A DNA stretch of 56,996 nt, from IMG/VR virus record IMGVR_UViG_3300044843_001102. The stretch is one strand, 5' to 3'. This document shows positions 9,472 through 18,534 of the stretch, piece by piece. How positions within the stretch are numbered: position 1 is the stretch's first letter; every line of letters begins with the position of its first letter. This DNA comes from an uncultured virus (IMG/VR IMGVR_UViG_3300044843_001102). Lineage: Duplodnaviria > Heunggongvirae > Uroviricota > Caudoviricetes. Both the position numbers and the translations under genes were made by a program. Under the pieces are notes generated by a model. That model searched no databases and was not told where the DNA came from. It saw only the letters and a program-made list of their open reading frames with translations.

Positions 9472-10241
9472 ACTTCTTCTTCGTCCCTCTGGTCTATGAT
9501 CAACCAATCTTTCTCTTCGTAGGTGTCTTTATCTTTATCCTCGTAGTGTCTCTTAACCCATTCCAACTTTGCTTTGATTCCATGATTCTCTAATTCTCTC
9601 TCTGTTGATTTCTGAATAAAGAAAGAAGAGAAGTCTGGTAAAGCCATTTCTCCGGGAGTTAATAAAGAGTGAGACATTAATCGTTTCTTATCGGAAGAAA
9701 TATAAATGTTTCTCGGAAAGTCCCCGCCTCTTTGGATTACATGATAAAACTTATCGTTCTTCATTTTAATCTTGAACTCGTCTAATACATAATGCTTCTC
9801 TATTGATTCCCCGATTGGTTGTAAGAACTCCAACCCTCTTGTATCGAACACTCTTAGTTTATTAAATTTGTAACGGAATAGTCGTTGATTCTTTGTGGTA
9901 ATCTTTAAGATCTTTTCTTCTTCATCGACTCTTAAATCTGCTACATCTTTGATCGGTATGTTTCCGCATAGAGACTGAATCATATATAAATGATCCATAA
10001 CTCTCTTCTTCGAGTAGGACTTAACAAGTTTTCCTTTTGGAAAGTTAAGTTGTTTGTTCTCTTTCAGCAAACCAGTTTTGGTAAGATTAACAGAGTTGTC
10101 GATAAACTCAAAGAATCTTGGGGTGGTTTTATGTTTATAGACAATAGGAAGATTAAAGATGTAAGAATACAAAAGAGAAGTGGTTGTTAAACCAACCACC
10201 ACCTCGTCAAACTGATAAATATGATTCTTAAGACTCTCCAT
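9372..10241 (-). CDS. Hypothetical protein with degenerate Rossmann/FAD-binding-like N-terminus
   Basis: FDEVVVGLTTTSLLY resembles a dinucleotide-binding beta-alpha start but lacks an intact GxGxxG. Confidence 0.4.
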   Translation of the reverse strand: MESLKNHIYQFDEVVVGLTTTSLLYSYIFNLPIVYKHKTTPRFFEFIDNSVNLTKTGLLKENKQLNFPKGKLVKSYSKKRVMDHLYMIQSLCGNIPIKDVADLRVDEEEKILKITTKNQRLFRYKFNKLRVFDTRGLEFLQPIGESIEKHYVLDEFKIKMKNDKFYHVIQRGGDFPRNIYISSDKKRLMSHSLLTPGEMALPDFSSFFIQKSTERELENHGIKAKLEWVKRHYEDKDKDTYEEKDWLIIDQRDEEEVWKDRKINTYHTWLGSFRSRMVQRMMDSLGQNV

Positions 10242-10422
10242 CTTGTCTGTATGCTACGAGTCGAAAACCAACCAACTCTGTTCCTCCGCTTCCTAATACA
10301 TTAAATACTGGAATGATTTTTAATTCTTCCATTTTAACATCGGACGGAACATTTTTTAAAAGTTCTGTTAGACTTGTGGTTGTTAGAATTACATTACCTT
10401 CATAGATCTTTTTATATTTCAT
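10228..10422 (-). CDS. Hypothetical protein
   Basis: Small coupled ORF. Confidence 0.45.
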   Translation of the reverse strand: MKYKKIYEGNVILTTTSLTELLKNVPSDVKMEELKIIPVFNVLGSGGTELVGFRLVAYRQDGES

Positions 10423-11107
10423 TTTTTAATTCCTCTGATACCGGGAATATTTCTGCAATAATCTTCGCTATTTCGTTTGCTACCAACATATGCTCTTTTT
10501 GTGTTCCTGAACCTTCCCCACGAACCTCTAGGTAGTGAATCCAGGATCTTAATGAACCCTTCATATACATACGAGATTTGGTTAAACCTTCTGGTAGAAC
10601 TTTACGAGCAACTTCTTTTGCTACTCCATGTTTAATTGCCCAAACATAAGCCTCTTGAGATACTCTCATAACTTCTTTCTGATACATAATCCAAGTATTC
10701 TTTAATGCTTGATCGTCTGTCTCAACACTATTCTGTCTGTTCTTTGTATCTTGAAGTCTTAACTCTGAATAATCAAAGAAGGAATCAAATTCTTTGCTAT
10801 CTCCCAAATGAGATACATCGGAGTATCTCTGTGAGAACTCTTGGAAAGAGAATGATCGGTGGCGAAGAATCTGACGAGCAATATCTCTTGTTGTTTCAAT
10901 CTCTATTGTAGCATCAACCATTTCCAACGGAGACCAGTGTTTATTCTTGATTAGATACTTAATCAACTTCTCGGAAGTTGCGGAGTTCATTTGATTTGTT
11001 GGGTTTGATACGCGAGCACAATATGCCACCAGATCAGTAGGGGTGGTTATATCTGTATCTTCTAATATACCTGCTGGTTTTGTATAGGAAACTAAACTAA
11101 CTTTCAT
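10412..11107 (-). CDS. thyX: Flavin-dependent thymidylate synthase
   Basis: HWSPLE and the RHRSFSFQEFSQRY ThyX signature. Confidence 0.95.
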   Translation of the reverse strand: MKVSLVSYTKPAGILEDTDITTPTDLVAYCARVSNPTNQMNSATSEKLIKYLIKNKHWSPLEMVDATIEIETTRDIARQILRHRSFSFQEFSQRYSDVSHLGDSKEFDSFFDYSELRLQDTKNRQNSVETDDQALKNTWIMYQKEVMRVSQEAYVWAIKHGVAKEVARKVLPEGLTKSRMYMKGSLRSWIHYLEVRGEGSGTQKEHMLVANEIAKIIAEIFPVSEELKNEI

Positions 11108-11130
11108 AAGACCTCTCTAAGTTTGGGTCT

Positions 11131-11159
11131 ATGATACGACAAGTTATTGTTGTTGTCAA
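11131..11159 (-). promoter_or_regulatory. Sigma70-type promoter upstream of thyX
   Basis: TTGACA (11154-11159), 17 bp, TATCAT (11131-11136). Confidence 0.7.
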
Positions 11160-11500
11160 TGTCTTCTCTTTTTTCTTCTTCTAACAGGAGTTCCAAAAGC
11201 ATTACCAGCAAAACCCTGAACTGCTCCGCCGGACATGGCAGACATTTCTTCTAGTGGTTCATTTTCTTCTACGGAGTTTATTGCTTTATTTACACCAGCG
11301 CCAGATGGTTCATTAATTACGGCTTCTTCAAATTCTTCCCATTCATTTACATCATCTTCTTCGGAAACAATTAATTCTTTCTTTTTGCCTTTTTTATCTT
11401 TAACTTTTTCTTTCTTATCTTTTTTGACAAGTTTATCTTCTTTGAAAGCATTTTCAGTCAAGAAGGATTTCCATTTGTCGTTTATATCTTTAAAGTTCAT
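11156..11500 (-). CDS. Putative internal head protein
   Basis: Leader MNFKDINDKWKSFLTE; LEEMSAMSGGAVQGF module; basic C-terminus. Confidence 0.5.
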   Translation of the reverse strand: MNFKDINDKWKSFLTENAFKEDKLVKKDKKEKVKDKKGKKKELIVSEEDDVNEWEEFEEAVINEPSGAGVNKAINSVEENEPLEEMSAMSGGAVQGFAGNAFGTPVRRRKKRRH

Positions 11501-11502
11501 TT

Positions 11503-12357
11503 TTACATTCCTGCAAATTTTTTTGCTTTATTAACAACTCTCTCTGGAAGTTTATCTTCAAGACTTGCTACTATATTATTTAGTTCCGAAAATACATCCG
11601 TTCCTGTAATGTCTTTGTCTCTGTTGTTTTTAAATTCTGGTTTTTCAGGATCATTTGGATTCCAGAACGGAGATTCGCTTGAAATTCCAAAATAACTAAG
11701 TTGATATTTCTCAGCGGGATCAGATTTAGAAATAAAAATAATCAGAGGATTATCTGGTTTATGATAAACCTCATAATACTTTCTTGTCAACACACCAGTA
11801 CACCATTTTGCTCTGGTTGATTTACCCTTGATTCCGTCTGGGTTTGGTCCACGACATAGGGCAACAGATGCTCCTTTGGTTTCTGGAAGATATACTTTCC
11901 AATTATCATCTTCATAAACAAGATTTTGACCTTCACCAGATGTACTTTCTTCTTTTCTACTCTTCTCTTTTTCTCCAAGAGATCCTTCAGCATTATAGAC
12001 GATCTCTTCAAATTCTTCAACAGAGTTTATATCTGAGATGTTAATTTTGTTAAGGAGTTTCTTCTTGCCTTCGTCAGACTTAATCTCATAATATCTTTTG
12101 ACGATTTCAGCAGATGGACCTTCATATTTACCAGTCTTGATAAAGGTTGAGATTCTCCAATCCAGATAATTTGCTTTTTCTTGAACATCAAAGTTCTCTG
12201 GTACAGTTTCTAATATCTTTTGCTTTGCCTCTTCTGGGTCAACTTGATTAAATTCGGAAGATTTAAGAAACTTTGAACTACCAAATCTTTCCATAACTTG
12301 GCGGTACGAAGCTTCTTTTAAGATAAATCTATTCCAATTTTCAAGAAGTTGTTTCAT
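11503..12357 (-). CDS. Phage protein with LxE leader and a PcfJ-like domain
   Basis: Leader MKQLLENWNRFILKE; VYEDDNWKVYLP..ASV....KWCT..YY motif. Confidence 0.5.
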   Translation of the reverse strand: MKQLLENWNRFILKEASYRQVMERFGSSKFLKSSEFNQVDPEEAKQKILETVPENFDVQEKANYLDWRISTFIKTGKYEGPSAEIVKRYYEIKSDEGKKKLLNKINISDINSVEEFEEIVYNAEGSLGEKEKSRKEESTSGEGQNLVYEDDNWKVYLPETKGASVALCRGPNPDGIKGKSTRAKWCTGVLTRKYYEVYHKPDNPLIIFISKSDPAEKYQLSYFGISSESPFWNPNDPEKPEFKNNRDKDITGTDVFSELNNIVASLEDKLPERVVNKAKKFAGM

Positions 12358-13250
12358 TACTCCTCGCCTTCAACCTTCTTTCCTGCTCTCCATTGATAGC
12401 AAGACCAATATCTCGCTGTACAACGATCTTTTCCTGCTGGTTGATCACACTTATGTCTTGCTCTAAAGTTCTTTCTACGGGCAGCAGAATCTCTTTTAAT
12501 TGATAATCCTGGATCACCGAATGAGATCTTCTTTACTCTTCCGCCACATTTAACGTAGACGTGAAACTTTTTTTTTGAGCCGGATGGATTACGAGTTACT
12601 TTACCAAGTCGTGGTTGTTTTTTCTTAACCTCTGCTTCGGTTAGATATTCTTCCATATCATTTTCATCATCTAAATCCATATCATCATCATCTTCAACTT
12701 CTTCGTCCTCCATATCATCATCATCTTCAAAATCATCTTCGTCTTCGTAATCTTCTTCTTCCTCTTCTTCATAGTCATCTTCTTCGGTGTATTTATCTGC
12801 AAAATTTTTTGATTTTTGAGCAAATTTTCTCATACTTTCTTCGCCATAATCACCAAAGTCTTCTTCACCATAGGATGGCAGATCATCAGCATCAAAATCA
12901 TCATCGTCGTCTTCAATATCAGGGTGTTTATCTTCTCCATATTCTTGAAGATCGTGTTGTTCAAAAAGAATTTTTTCTAGTCTCTCAATTGCTTCATCAA
13001 GTTTGTTTTTCTTTTTCTTGATGTGCATTTTTAGTTGAGGAGGGATCTTGCCTTTTCCTTTCTTGGATTTTGTTTCTTTTTTACCACCCGACTCTTTTGA
13101 TGCCTTCTTCATTGGTTCAGAAGTATCACCGTCTTTATCTAAATCAAGAAAATCTGGCTTTGAACCTTTCGATTTGCTTGCTTTTTCTTCTTTTTCCTTC
13201 TTTTCTGTTAGAAGGCGGTGCATCAAAATATCCCATTTCTCAACTCTCAT
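12357..13250 (-). CDS. Modular putative internal head protein
   Basis: LLTE leader, KPDFLDLDKDGD (DxDxDG) module, acidic tract, LTE site, then basic FGDPG...RRKNFRARHKC...ARYWSC module; motif at 13273-13281. Confidence 0.55.
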   Translation of the reverse strand: MRVEKWDILMHRLLTEKKEKEEKASKSKGSKPDFLDLDKDGDTSEPMKKASKESGGKKETKSKKGKGKIPPQLKMHIKKKKNKLDEAIERLEKILFEQHDLQEYGEDKHPDIEDDDDDFDADDLPSYGEEDFGDYGEESMRKFAQKSKNFADKYTEEDDYEEEEEEDYEDEDDFEDDDDMEDEEVEDDDDMDLDDENDMEEYLTEAEVKKKQPRLGKVTRNPSGSKKKFHVYVKCGGRVKKISFGDPGLSIKRDSAARRKNFRARHKCDQPAGKDRCTARYWSCYQWRAGKKVEGEE

Positions 13251-13283
13251 TGTTACTCTCCTACAATTATACTAAATAGTTTA

Positions 13284-13922
13284 TTAATAATACCAATCCT
13301 CATCACCATATAAATTATTATCTATCTGTTTCCATTCTTCTAACCACTTGATGTCTTCTGCGACGCTCCAAGGCGGGATTGAATATAAAGAATCTTCTGT
13401 GGACAAGCTCGCTTCTAGCCATTTAATTCTATTATTTGGATAAACAGCTATTTGACCATTGTGTAATCTTATTACATTTCCTTCTTTATGTTCTTCCAAC
13501 ACAGAGGAACAACCAACATCATAATAGCCTGATCCTCTTTTTTCTGGAATAAAATCTATGGTAAACCAGTAATGTCCCTTGGTGAATGTTTTATTTTCTA
13601 TTCTGATTGCAACTTCACATTCTTTTAAAAGCTCTTTTCTCCAAAACTCTATTTCACCAGAAATAGATTCCCACATTTGTAGTTCACTCATTCTATAATG
13701 TCTAACTCCAAGTTCTGGTAGTTTCCAGTATAAACACTGAATAGGTATTTTATCATAGCAAGCAGAGTATCTTGGAACAAACACTTGGAAGCATAAAGGT
13801 CCACCTCTCAATGCTCTAACCGAAACAAGCCAAGCTTCATCAAACTCTTCCTTTGAGTTTCCCCACGCATCGCCACGAATCCAAACTTTTGTTTGAGGTA
13901 AATTTATGTTTGAAGAAGACAT
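13284..13922 (-). CDS. Conserved-looking phage hypothetical protein
   Basis: TAATG coupling with the sod stop; LQMW...YWFTIDF...EHK...NGQIAVYPNNRI motif. Confidence 0.55.
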   Translation of the reverse strand: MSSSNINLPQTKVWIRGDAWGNSKEEFDEAWLVSVRALRGGPLCFQVFVPRYSACYDKIPIQCLYWKLPELGVRHYRMSELQMWESISGEIEFWRKELLKECEVAIRIENKTFTKGHYWFTIDFIPEKRGSGYYDVGCSSVLEEHKEGNVIRLHNGQIAVYPNNRIKWLEASLSTEDSLYSIPPWSVAEDIKWLEEWKQIDNNLYGDEDWYY

Positions 13923-14458
13923 TATTTCTCCGTCGCTAAACGAGCATTTATAACATTCCAATCAATAACTTTGTAAATGTTGTCTAAATACTCTTCTTTA
14001 TCTGCCTGATAATCTAATGCCCAAGCGTGTTCCCACCAATCAATTAATAAGATAATGTCTGGTTTTATTTCGTGGTTTGCAATGGTCTTTATATTGCCGT
14101 TCTTATCCGTGTAAACCCAACCAGAACCTTGAATTTTCATTGCGACTTCTTTGAGTTCTTTTTGAAAAGAAGCATAAGAACCATATTTTCTATTTACAAG
14201 CTCAAGAAATAAACCGTCTGGTTTTTGATTTGATGGTTTCTTGAACTGAGAGAACCAAATGTTGTGAAGAAAAGCTCCTGCTTTTTGAAACTCACCACCT
14301 ACACCTTTGTTAGCTTTATCGACATAACCTTTGTAAAGCGAACCATAGTGGTAATCAATTGTGTCAGAAGACATAACAGGCTCAAGATCTGTCTTTTTTA
14401 CAGGTAGAGGAACTTGGACATATTTCTTTTTTGATTCAAGTATTATTTTTATCATCAT
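13922..14458 (-). CDS. sod: Fe/Mn superoxide dismutase with short N-terminal extension
   Basis: LEP.MS..T..YHY, GAFLHNIWF, GSGW and DWWEHAW; all four metal ligands identifiable. Confidence 0.92.
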   Translation of the reverse strand: MMIKIILESKKKYVQVPLPVKKTDLEPVMSSDTIDYHYGSLYKGYVDKANKGVGGEFQKAGAFLHNIWFSQFKKPSNQKPDGLFLELVNRKYGSYASFQKELKEVAMKIQGSGWVYTDKNGNIKTIANHEIKPDIILLIDWWEHAWALDYQADKEEYLDNIYKVIDWNVINARLATEK

Positions 14459-17226
14459 TCCTCTTTTTGAAGATTATCGCCTCTTCTCTTATAGCCCTTG
14501 CACTGTGAAGGTGTTGGACGGCAACGAGGGTATTTGCTTCTTTTTTCACCTTCTTGTCTGCCACATGGCTTACATTTTCCATCACGACAAGTGTTACAAT
14601 CTACCCAGCCACCGCCTTTTCCGGGGGCACCTTTTCTTTTAAACCAATCGCCTAAATTGGTTTCGCTGGAAGGTTTGCCAAGTTTACGCTCATCAAGCTC
14701 TTTCATTGCTTCTGTCTTTTTCTTGGATGCCTCTTTTCTTTTTTCAGCATAATCAAGAGCAATTTTCAATCTGGACTTAACCTCTGGATCTTTAGCGTTC
14801 TCGTAAGCAGCACGAACTCTTTGGTGAATAAGATTAATAATTTGTGATTGACGAGCATGTGGTTTTGATTTAAAAGACTCTTTTGATAAAGTATCTCTTA
14901 TATCTTCTGCTGTAGAAAATTTTACACTTACAGTATCTTTTGGATTTTCGTCAGTGTATAAGCGACGATCAGAACCTTCTGGTTTTTTACCTGTTCCAAC
15001 TTTTGGATCTTTTGCTTCGTTTGTTTTCTTTACACAGTTTGGATATTTTTTTCCAAACATTGTTTTCATGCCTTTTTGAGTATAACCTTCCCAGCATTTT
15101 TCATTTAGCTGAATTTCTTCATTTTTCTTTTGACCTTCTTTCGATTTTGTTCTTTGATTCTTGCAGAACTGCTTCATTGTGAAGCCTTTTGGATTGGAAC
15201 AGTTTGCTTTTCTCTTCTTTCTCTCAGAATCAGACCACTCTTCTTTTATTTCATCTTTAGATGTAGAAGCTTTTTTTACTGGTTTTGTTGCATCTGGCGG
15301 AGGGGTTGTCGCAGTTGAACCAGCAAGCCACAATGCTAACGCTTTCTTCGCGACGTGTTTTGCTTTTTTCTTTGTCTCGTCTAATTCTTCCTCTTCTTTT
15401 ATGTTCTTCCAGATCTTGCCTTGACGACATTTAACAACAGCACCAGAAGCATAAGCAGAAGGCCAAGCATCATATTTGCTCTTTGCTATACGAGTACAAC
15501 GATCTTCTTTACCTTTTGTCTTGCCCTCTGTTAATTGTTGACCAAACTTGATTGTAATTTTTTTAGATTCAGTTAAATTAGACATTTCAAGAACTTGTGA
15601 AACAGAATTGGCTCTGTTTCTGCATTTAATCAATCTATTTTTAGGAACTTCTAAACTGTAACAAAAATTATAAGTTATATCTTCAACAGAATTTTCTAAG
15701 TTTTTCTTATCAAATCCTTTTCTTTTTATATAATTTATCATTGTTGAAATACTTTTTTCTGGGTCTTTTATATCTTCTATTGACATACCATTTCCAGTAG
15801 CTCTACAGCCTCCCATACCTCCGCAAGAATGAATGCCAAACAATCCTCCTCCACATGGAGATTTTGGACCTTCTTTTTCTTCAACTTGTCTAGCACAACG
15901 CCCATCAACTTTCTCGGCGCGATCCCCAGTTACACTTGGGTTTAAACTAGACTCATAATAAGAATTTACAATAGCAGCTAGTGCTAAATTTTTTGACAAT
16001 CCTGCTTCAATAAATCTCTTTTCAATTAAACCTGCCATCTCTCTTTGCCTTCTGCTTAAAGAATTTTTTACAACTGCGCTTGTGGTTTTAATACCTTGCT
16101 TTTCTGGCGGTATGCTTGGTTTTTCAGCAAAAATATCCTGTATGAATCTTTTTGTTCCAAGAGCATTATGATTCATGTGTATTCCGTCCGAAAAATCATT
16201 TGAGTGACCATACGGAATATAAACTTTTACTACTCCTCCGAATCTCTGGAGGATTCCTTCTTTGTTTGCTTTGTTTCTAGATCCTATGTCGGCAACTTTA
16301 TATTTGTCTATATTCGTAGGAGGAAGCACAATTGACGTTTTTTCTGGACCAAACAAATTAATCATAGAAGAAATCAAATCTACTTTTGGAATATATGGAG
16401 AATTTCCACCCACAAACAAATATACTTTATCATATTGTTTTGGATCTCCAGCGTCACCTATCTCTCTCAATAATCGACTGTCATTTGCACTATTTTTAAT
16501 AACAAGATTTACATCATAACCAACGGATTTGAGTGCAGACTTAAGACCAAGACCAACTCCTCCGGCTTGACTATGACCATATATTAATGCTTTTTTGCCT
16601 TTGTTTTTATTTTTTTCTTTTTGTATATAATCTTTTAATTCTTGTTCTATTTGCTTTTCATTTTTTTCTGCAGTCTCAACTTCTTCCTTCGTATCTAGTT
16701 TAGAAGTAAGAAAACCTAAAATTCCTTTCTTTTCTTTTTCATCGCTAACTCCAAGAAGAGAAAACAATTTGTCTTTTACCCAAGTAGATCCTGATCCTAT
16801 GGCATCAACAACCATATCTAAGAATCCTTCTTCTAAAAGAGTTTGATATAATTCTTCGTTAATAATTTCATTATGTTGATTTTCTTTGAGATGTTTAAAA
16901 TATTGAACCTGTTTCTCTCTTTTCATTGCTCCTGCCCTTGTTGGATAACAACCTAAATTTCTGTTTGTTTTTTTAGAAAACAAACAATACTTTCCATCTT
17001 TCTTTCTGATAACTTCATCAAGTTGTTCTGCTTCTTCTAATGAACCACCAAATCCAGGAGGGGCAGACTTTGCTCTATTATAATCTGGTTTTTTACTATA
17101 TGGTCCACCACCACTATCGGCTTTTTGACCGCCTTTTGATAGTAAGCGAATCTTCCATTTTCTATGATTTTTTCTTGCTATTTTCTGGAATTTGCTGTCC
17201 GCTTTTGGGACTTGTTGGTTATCCAT
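14455..17226 (-). CDS. Multi-module putative polyprotein: SGNH-hydrolase-like domain, tail-lysozyme-like domain, several small basic Cys-containing modules
   Basis: YGHSQ / GGNS / DGIH; AAIVNSYYESSLNP...GLFG...FCYSLEVP; modules bounded by LDE, LTE, IKE, LNE sites. Confidence 0.6.
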   Translation of the reverse strand: MDNQQVPKADSKFQKIARKNHRKWKIRLLSKGGQKADSGGGPYSKKPDYNRAKSAPPGFGGSLEEAEQLDEVIRKKDGKYCLFSKKTNRNLGCYPTRAGAMKREKQVQYFKHLKENQHNEIINEELYQTLLEEGFLDMVVDAIGSGSTWVKDKLFSLLGVSDEKEKKGILGFLTSKLDTKEEVETAEKNEKQIEQELKDYIQKEKNKNKGKKALIYGHSQAGGVGLGLKSALKSVGYDVNLVIKNSANDSRLLREIGDAGDPKQYDKVYLFVGGNSPYIPKVDLISSMINLFGPEKTSIVLPPTNIDKYKVADIGSRNKANKEGILQRFGGVVKVYIPYGHSNDFSDGIHMNHNALGTKRFIQDIFAEKPSIPPEKQGIKTTSAVVKNSLSRRQREMAGLIEKRFIEAGLSKNLALAAIVNSYYESSLNPSVTGDRAEKVDGRCARQVEEKEGPKSPCGGGLFGIHSCGGMGGCRATGNGMSIEDIKDPEKSISTMINYIKRKGFDKKNLENSVEDITYNFCYSLEVPKNRLIKCRNRANSVSQVLEMSNLTESKKITIKFGQQLTEGKTKGKEDRCTRIAKSKYDAWPSAYASGAVVKCRQGKIWKNIKEEEELDETKKKAKHVAKKALALWLAGSTATTPPPDATKPVKKASTSKDEIKEEWSDSERKKRKANCSNPKGFTMKQFCKNQRTKSKEGQKKNEEIQLNEKCWEGYTQKGMKTMFGKKYPNCVKKTNEAKDPKVGTGKKPEGSDRRLYTDENPKDTVSVKFSTAEDIRDTLSKESFKSKPHARQSQIINLIHQRVRAAYENAKDPEVKSRLKIALDYAEKRKEASKKKTEAMKELDERKLGKPSSETNLGDWFKRKGAPGKGGGWVDCNTCRDGKCKPCGRQEGEKRSKYPRCRPTPSQCKGYKRRGDNLQKEE

Positions 17227-17229
17227 TAT

Positions 17230-17580
17230 TTATCCTCTGTAATTTTTCCAAGCGTACTTTTTTCTCTTAATTAAATAGGTTGGATCAGTGTCATTGGCAT
17301 AAGCCTCTTTTTCAAATGGGTTCTCTCTATAAGCTTTATATCTATCTTTGTGCTTGTAAAGACAAACGAGATAATAATAAGCATACAAAATCCATTGACC
17401 AACAAAGAATAACTCTTTTTGTTGTCTGTAATGAATCATTTCATGTCGCCAAGTTTTTTCAATTATCTTTCCACGAAAGAAAATAAAGATTGCGAAAGAG
17501 TTAGCAATAAAATTTGCATTGGCAAATTTGGATAGAAAACCAGGGACCCAAGAATCTTCAATAACAATAGGTAGTTTCAT
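17230..17580 (-). CDS. Small zincin-like (HExxH) protein
   Basis: RHEMIHYRQ...NPFEKEAY. Confidence 0.6.
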   Translation of the reverse strand: MKLPIVIEDSWVPGFLSKFANANFIANSFAIFIFFRGKIIEKTWRHEMIHYRQQKELFFVGQWILYAYYYLVCLYKHKDRYKAYRENPFEKEAYANDTDPTYLIKRKKYAWKNYRG

Positions 17581-17634
17581 TTAGGATCCTCCAAAGCAAA
17601 AAGCCACCAAACTAAATAGTTTTATAAAAAAACA

Positions 17635-17667
17635 AAAACCCTATACACATTTTGTGTATAGGGTTTT
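17635..17667 (-). terminator. Intrinsic terminator
   Basis: aaaaccctatacac/gtgtatagggtttt stem with U-tract on the minus strand. Confidence 0.75.
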
Positions 17668-17687
17668 AGTATTATCAAAAGTATATA

Positions 17688-17963
17688 TTAAGGAATTTTT
17701 TTACCAGTTTCTGGATTATACCCAGCTTGTCCTGCAGATTGTTTATTTAACATTTGTTCATATTGTGGATATGCTTTCCTAATAAGACTGTCGATTGCAG
17801 ACAATACACCACTTGCTCTCGGATCTGATTTAAGTCTATCTCTTAGATATTTAGCACCTTGTACAAGGGTTTGTAGATTAGCATTTACATCCGATTCGCT
17901 TTGCTCATTTAACAAATTTTTTATTTCATTTAAAATTATTTTTTTGAGTTGATTGTCTGTCAT
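17688..17963 (-). CDS. Small putative internal head protein
   Basis: Leader MTDNQLKKIILNEIKNLLNE; AGGAG SD. Confidence 0.55.
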   Translation of the reverse strand: MTDNQLKKIILNEIKNLLNEQSESDVNANLQTLVQGAKYLRDRLKSDPRASGVLSAIDSLIRKAYPQYEQMLNKQSAGQAGYNPETGKKIP

Positions 17964-18021
17964 TTTTTGTCTCCTTTCTGACTAAAATATATAGTTTGTA
18001 TTTTATCAAAAAGTAGATTAA

Positions 18022-18534
18022 TCATACAATTACAAAGGGAATTTTTCGTCTTGCCGTAAACCAATCTGGAATTTTATCTTTTGGATACCTCATTTTATCT
18101 TTGGTAGAATAAAAATCTCGATAAGATTTAACTGGATTGAGTGATTTAAATTCTTCCGGCATAGCAAGTTTAAGAGGAGTTGGCGAAGAAGTTGGGAACT
18201 TCTTTAGGTCTACCTTACTCTGCATCTCCAGCAGACGAGGTTTGCATTTATGTTCTTTACCAAATCGCTCCTCGTATTCTTGATTGAGCGCCATAGCATG
18301 AATGTAGAGATTCACCCAGTTGTCCGAACTCTCTGCTGTCCATAGTGTGGAAGGATGCTTGGCATGATTAAGTTTGTAGCATCCTTCCATACCATTTAGG
18401 TGCATGGCAGAAGAAAGTAGTTGTGTGCTTTCAAGAAGCATTTTAACTGTTCGCAGATTATCCTGTGTTCTACCGGACATATACCAATCAATGTGTCCGG
18501 TTTTTTCATCACCTTCAATTGCAAAGATATTCAT
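18022..18534 (-). CDS. Pyrimidine-dimer DNA glycosylase / endonuclease V-like protein
   Basis: MNIF...VKMLLESTQLLS...YK..H.KHPSTLW...Y..RFGKEH...AMP pattern. Confidence 0.7.
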   Translation of the reverse strand: MNIFAIEGDEKTGHIDWYMSGRTQDNLRTVKMLLESTQLLSSAMHLNGMEGCYKLNHAKHPSTLWTAESSDNWVNLYIHAMALNQEYEERFGKEHKCKPRLLEMQSKVDLKKFPTSSPTPLKLAMPEEFKSLNPVKSYRDFYSTKDKMRYPKDKIPDWFTARRKIPFVIV

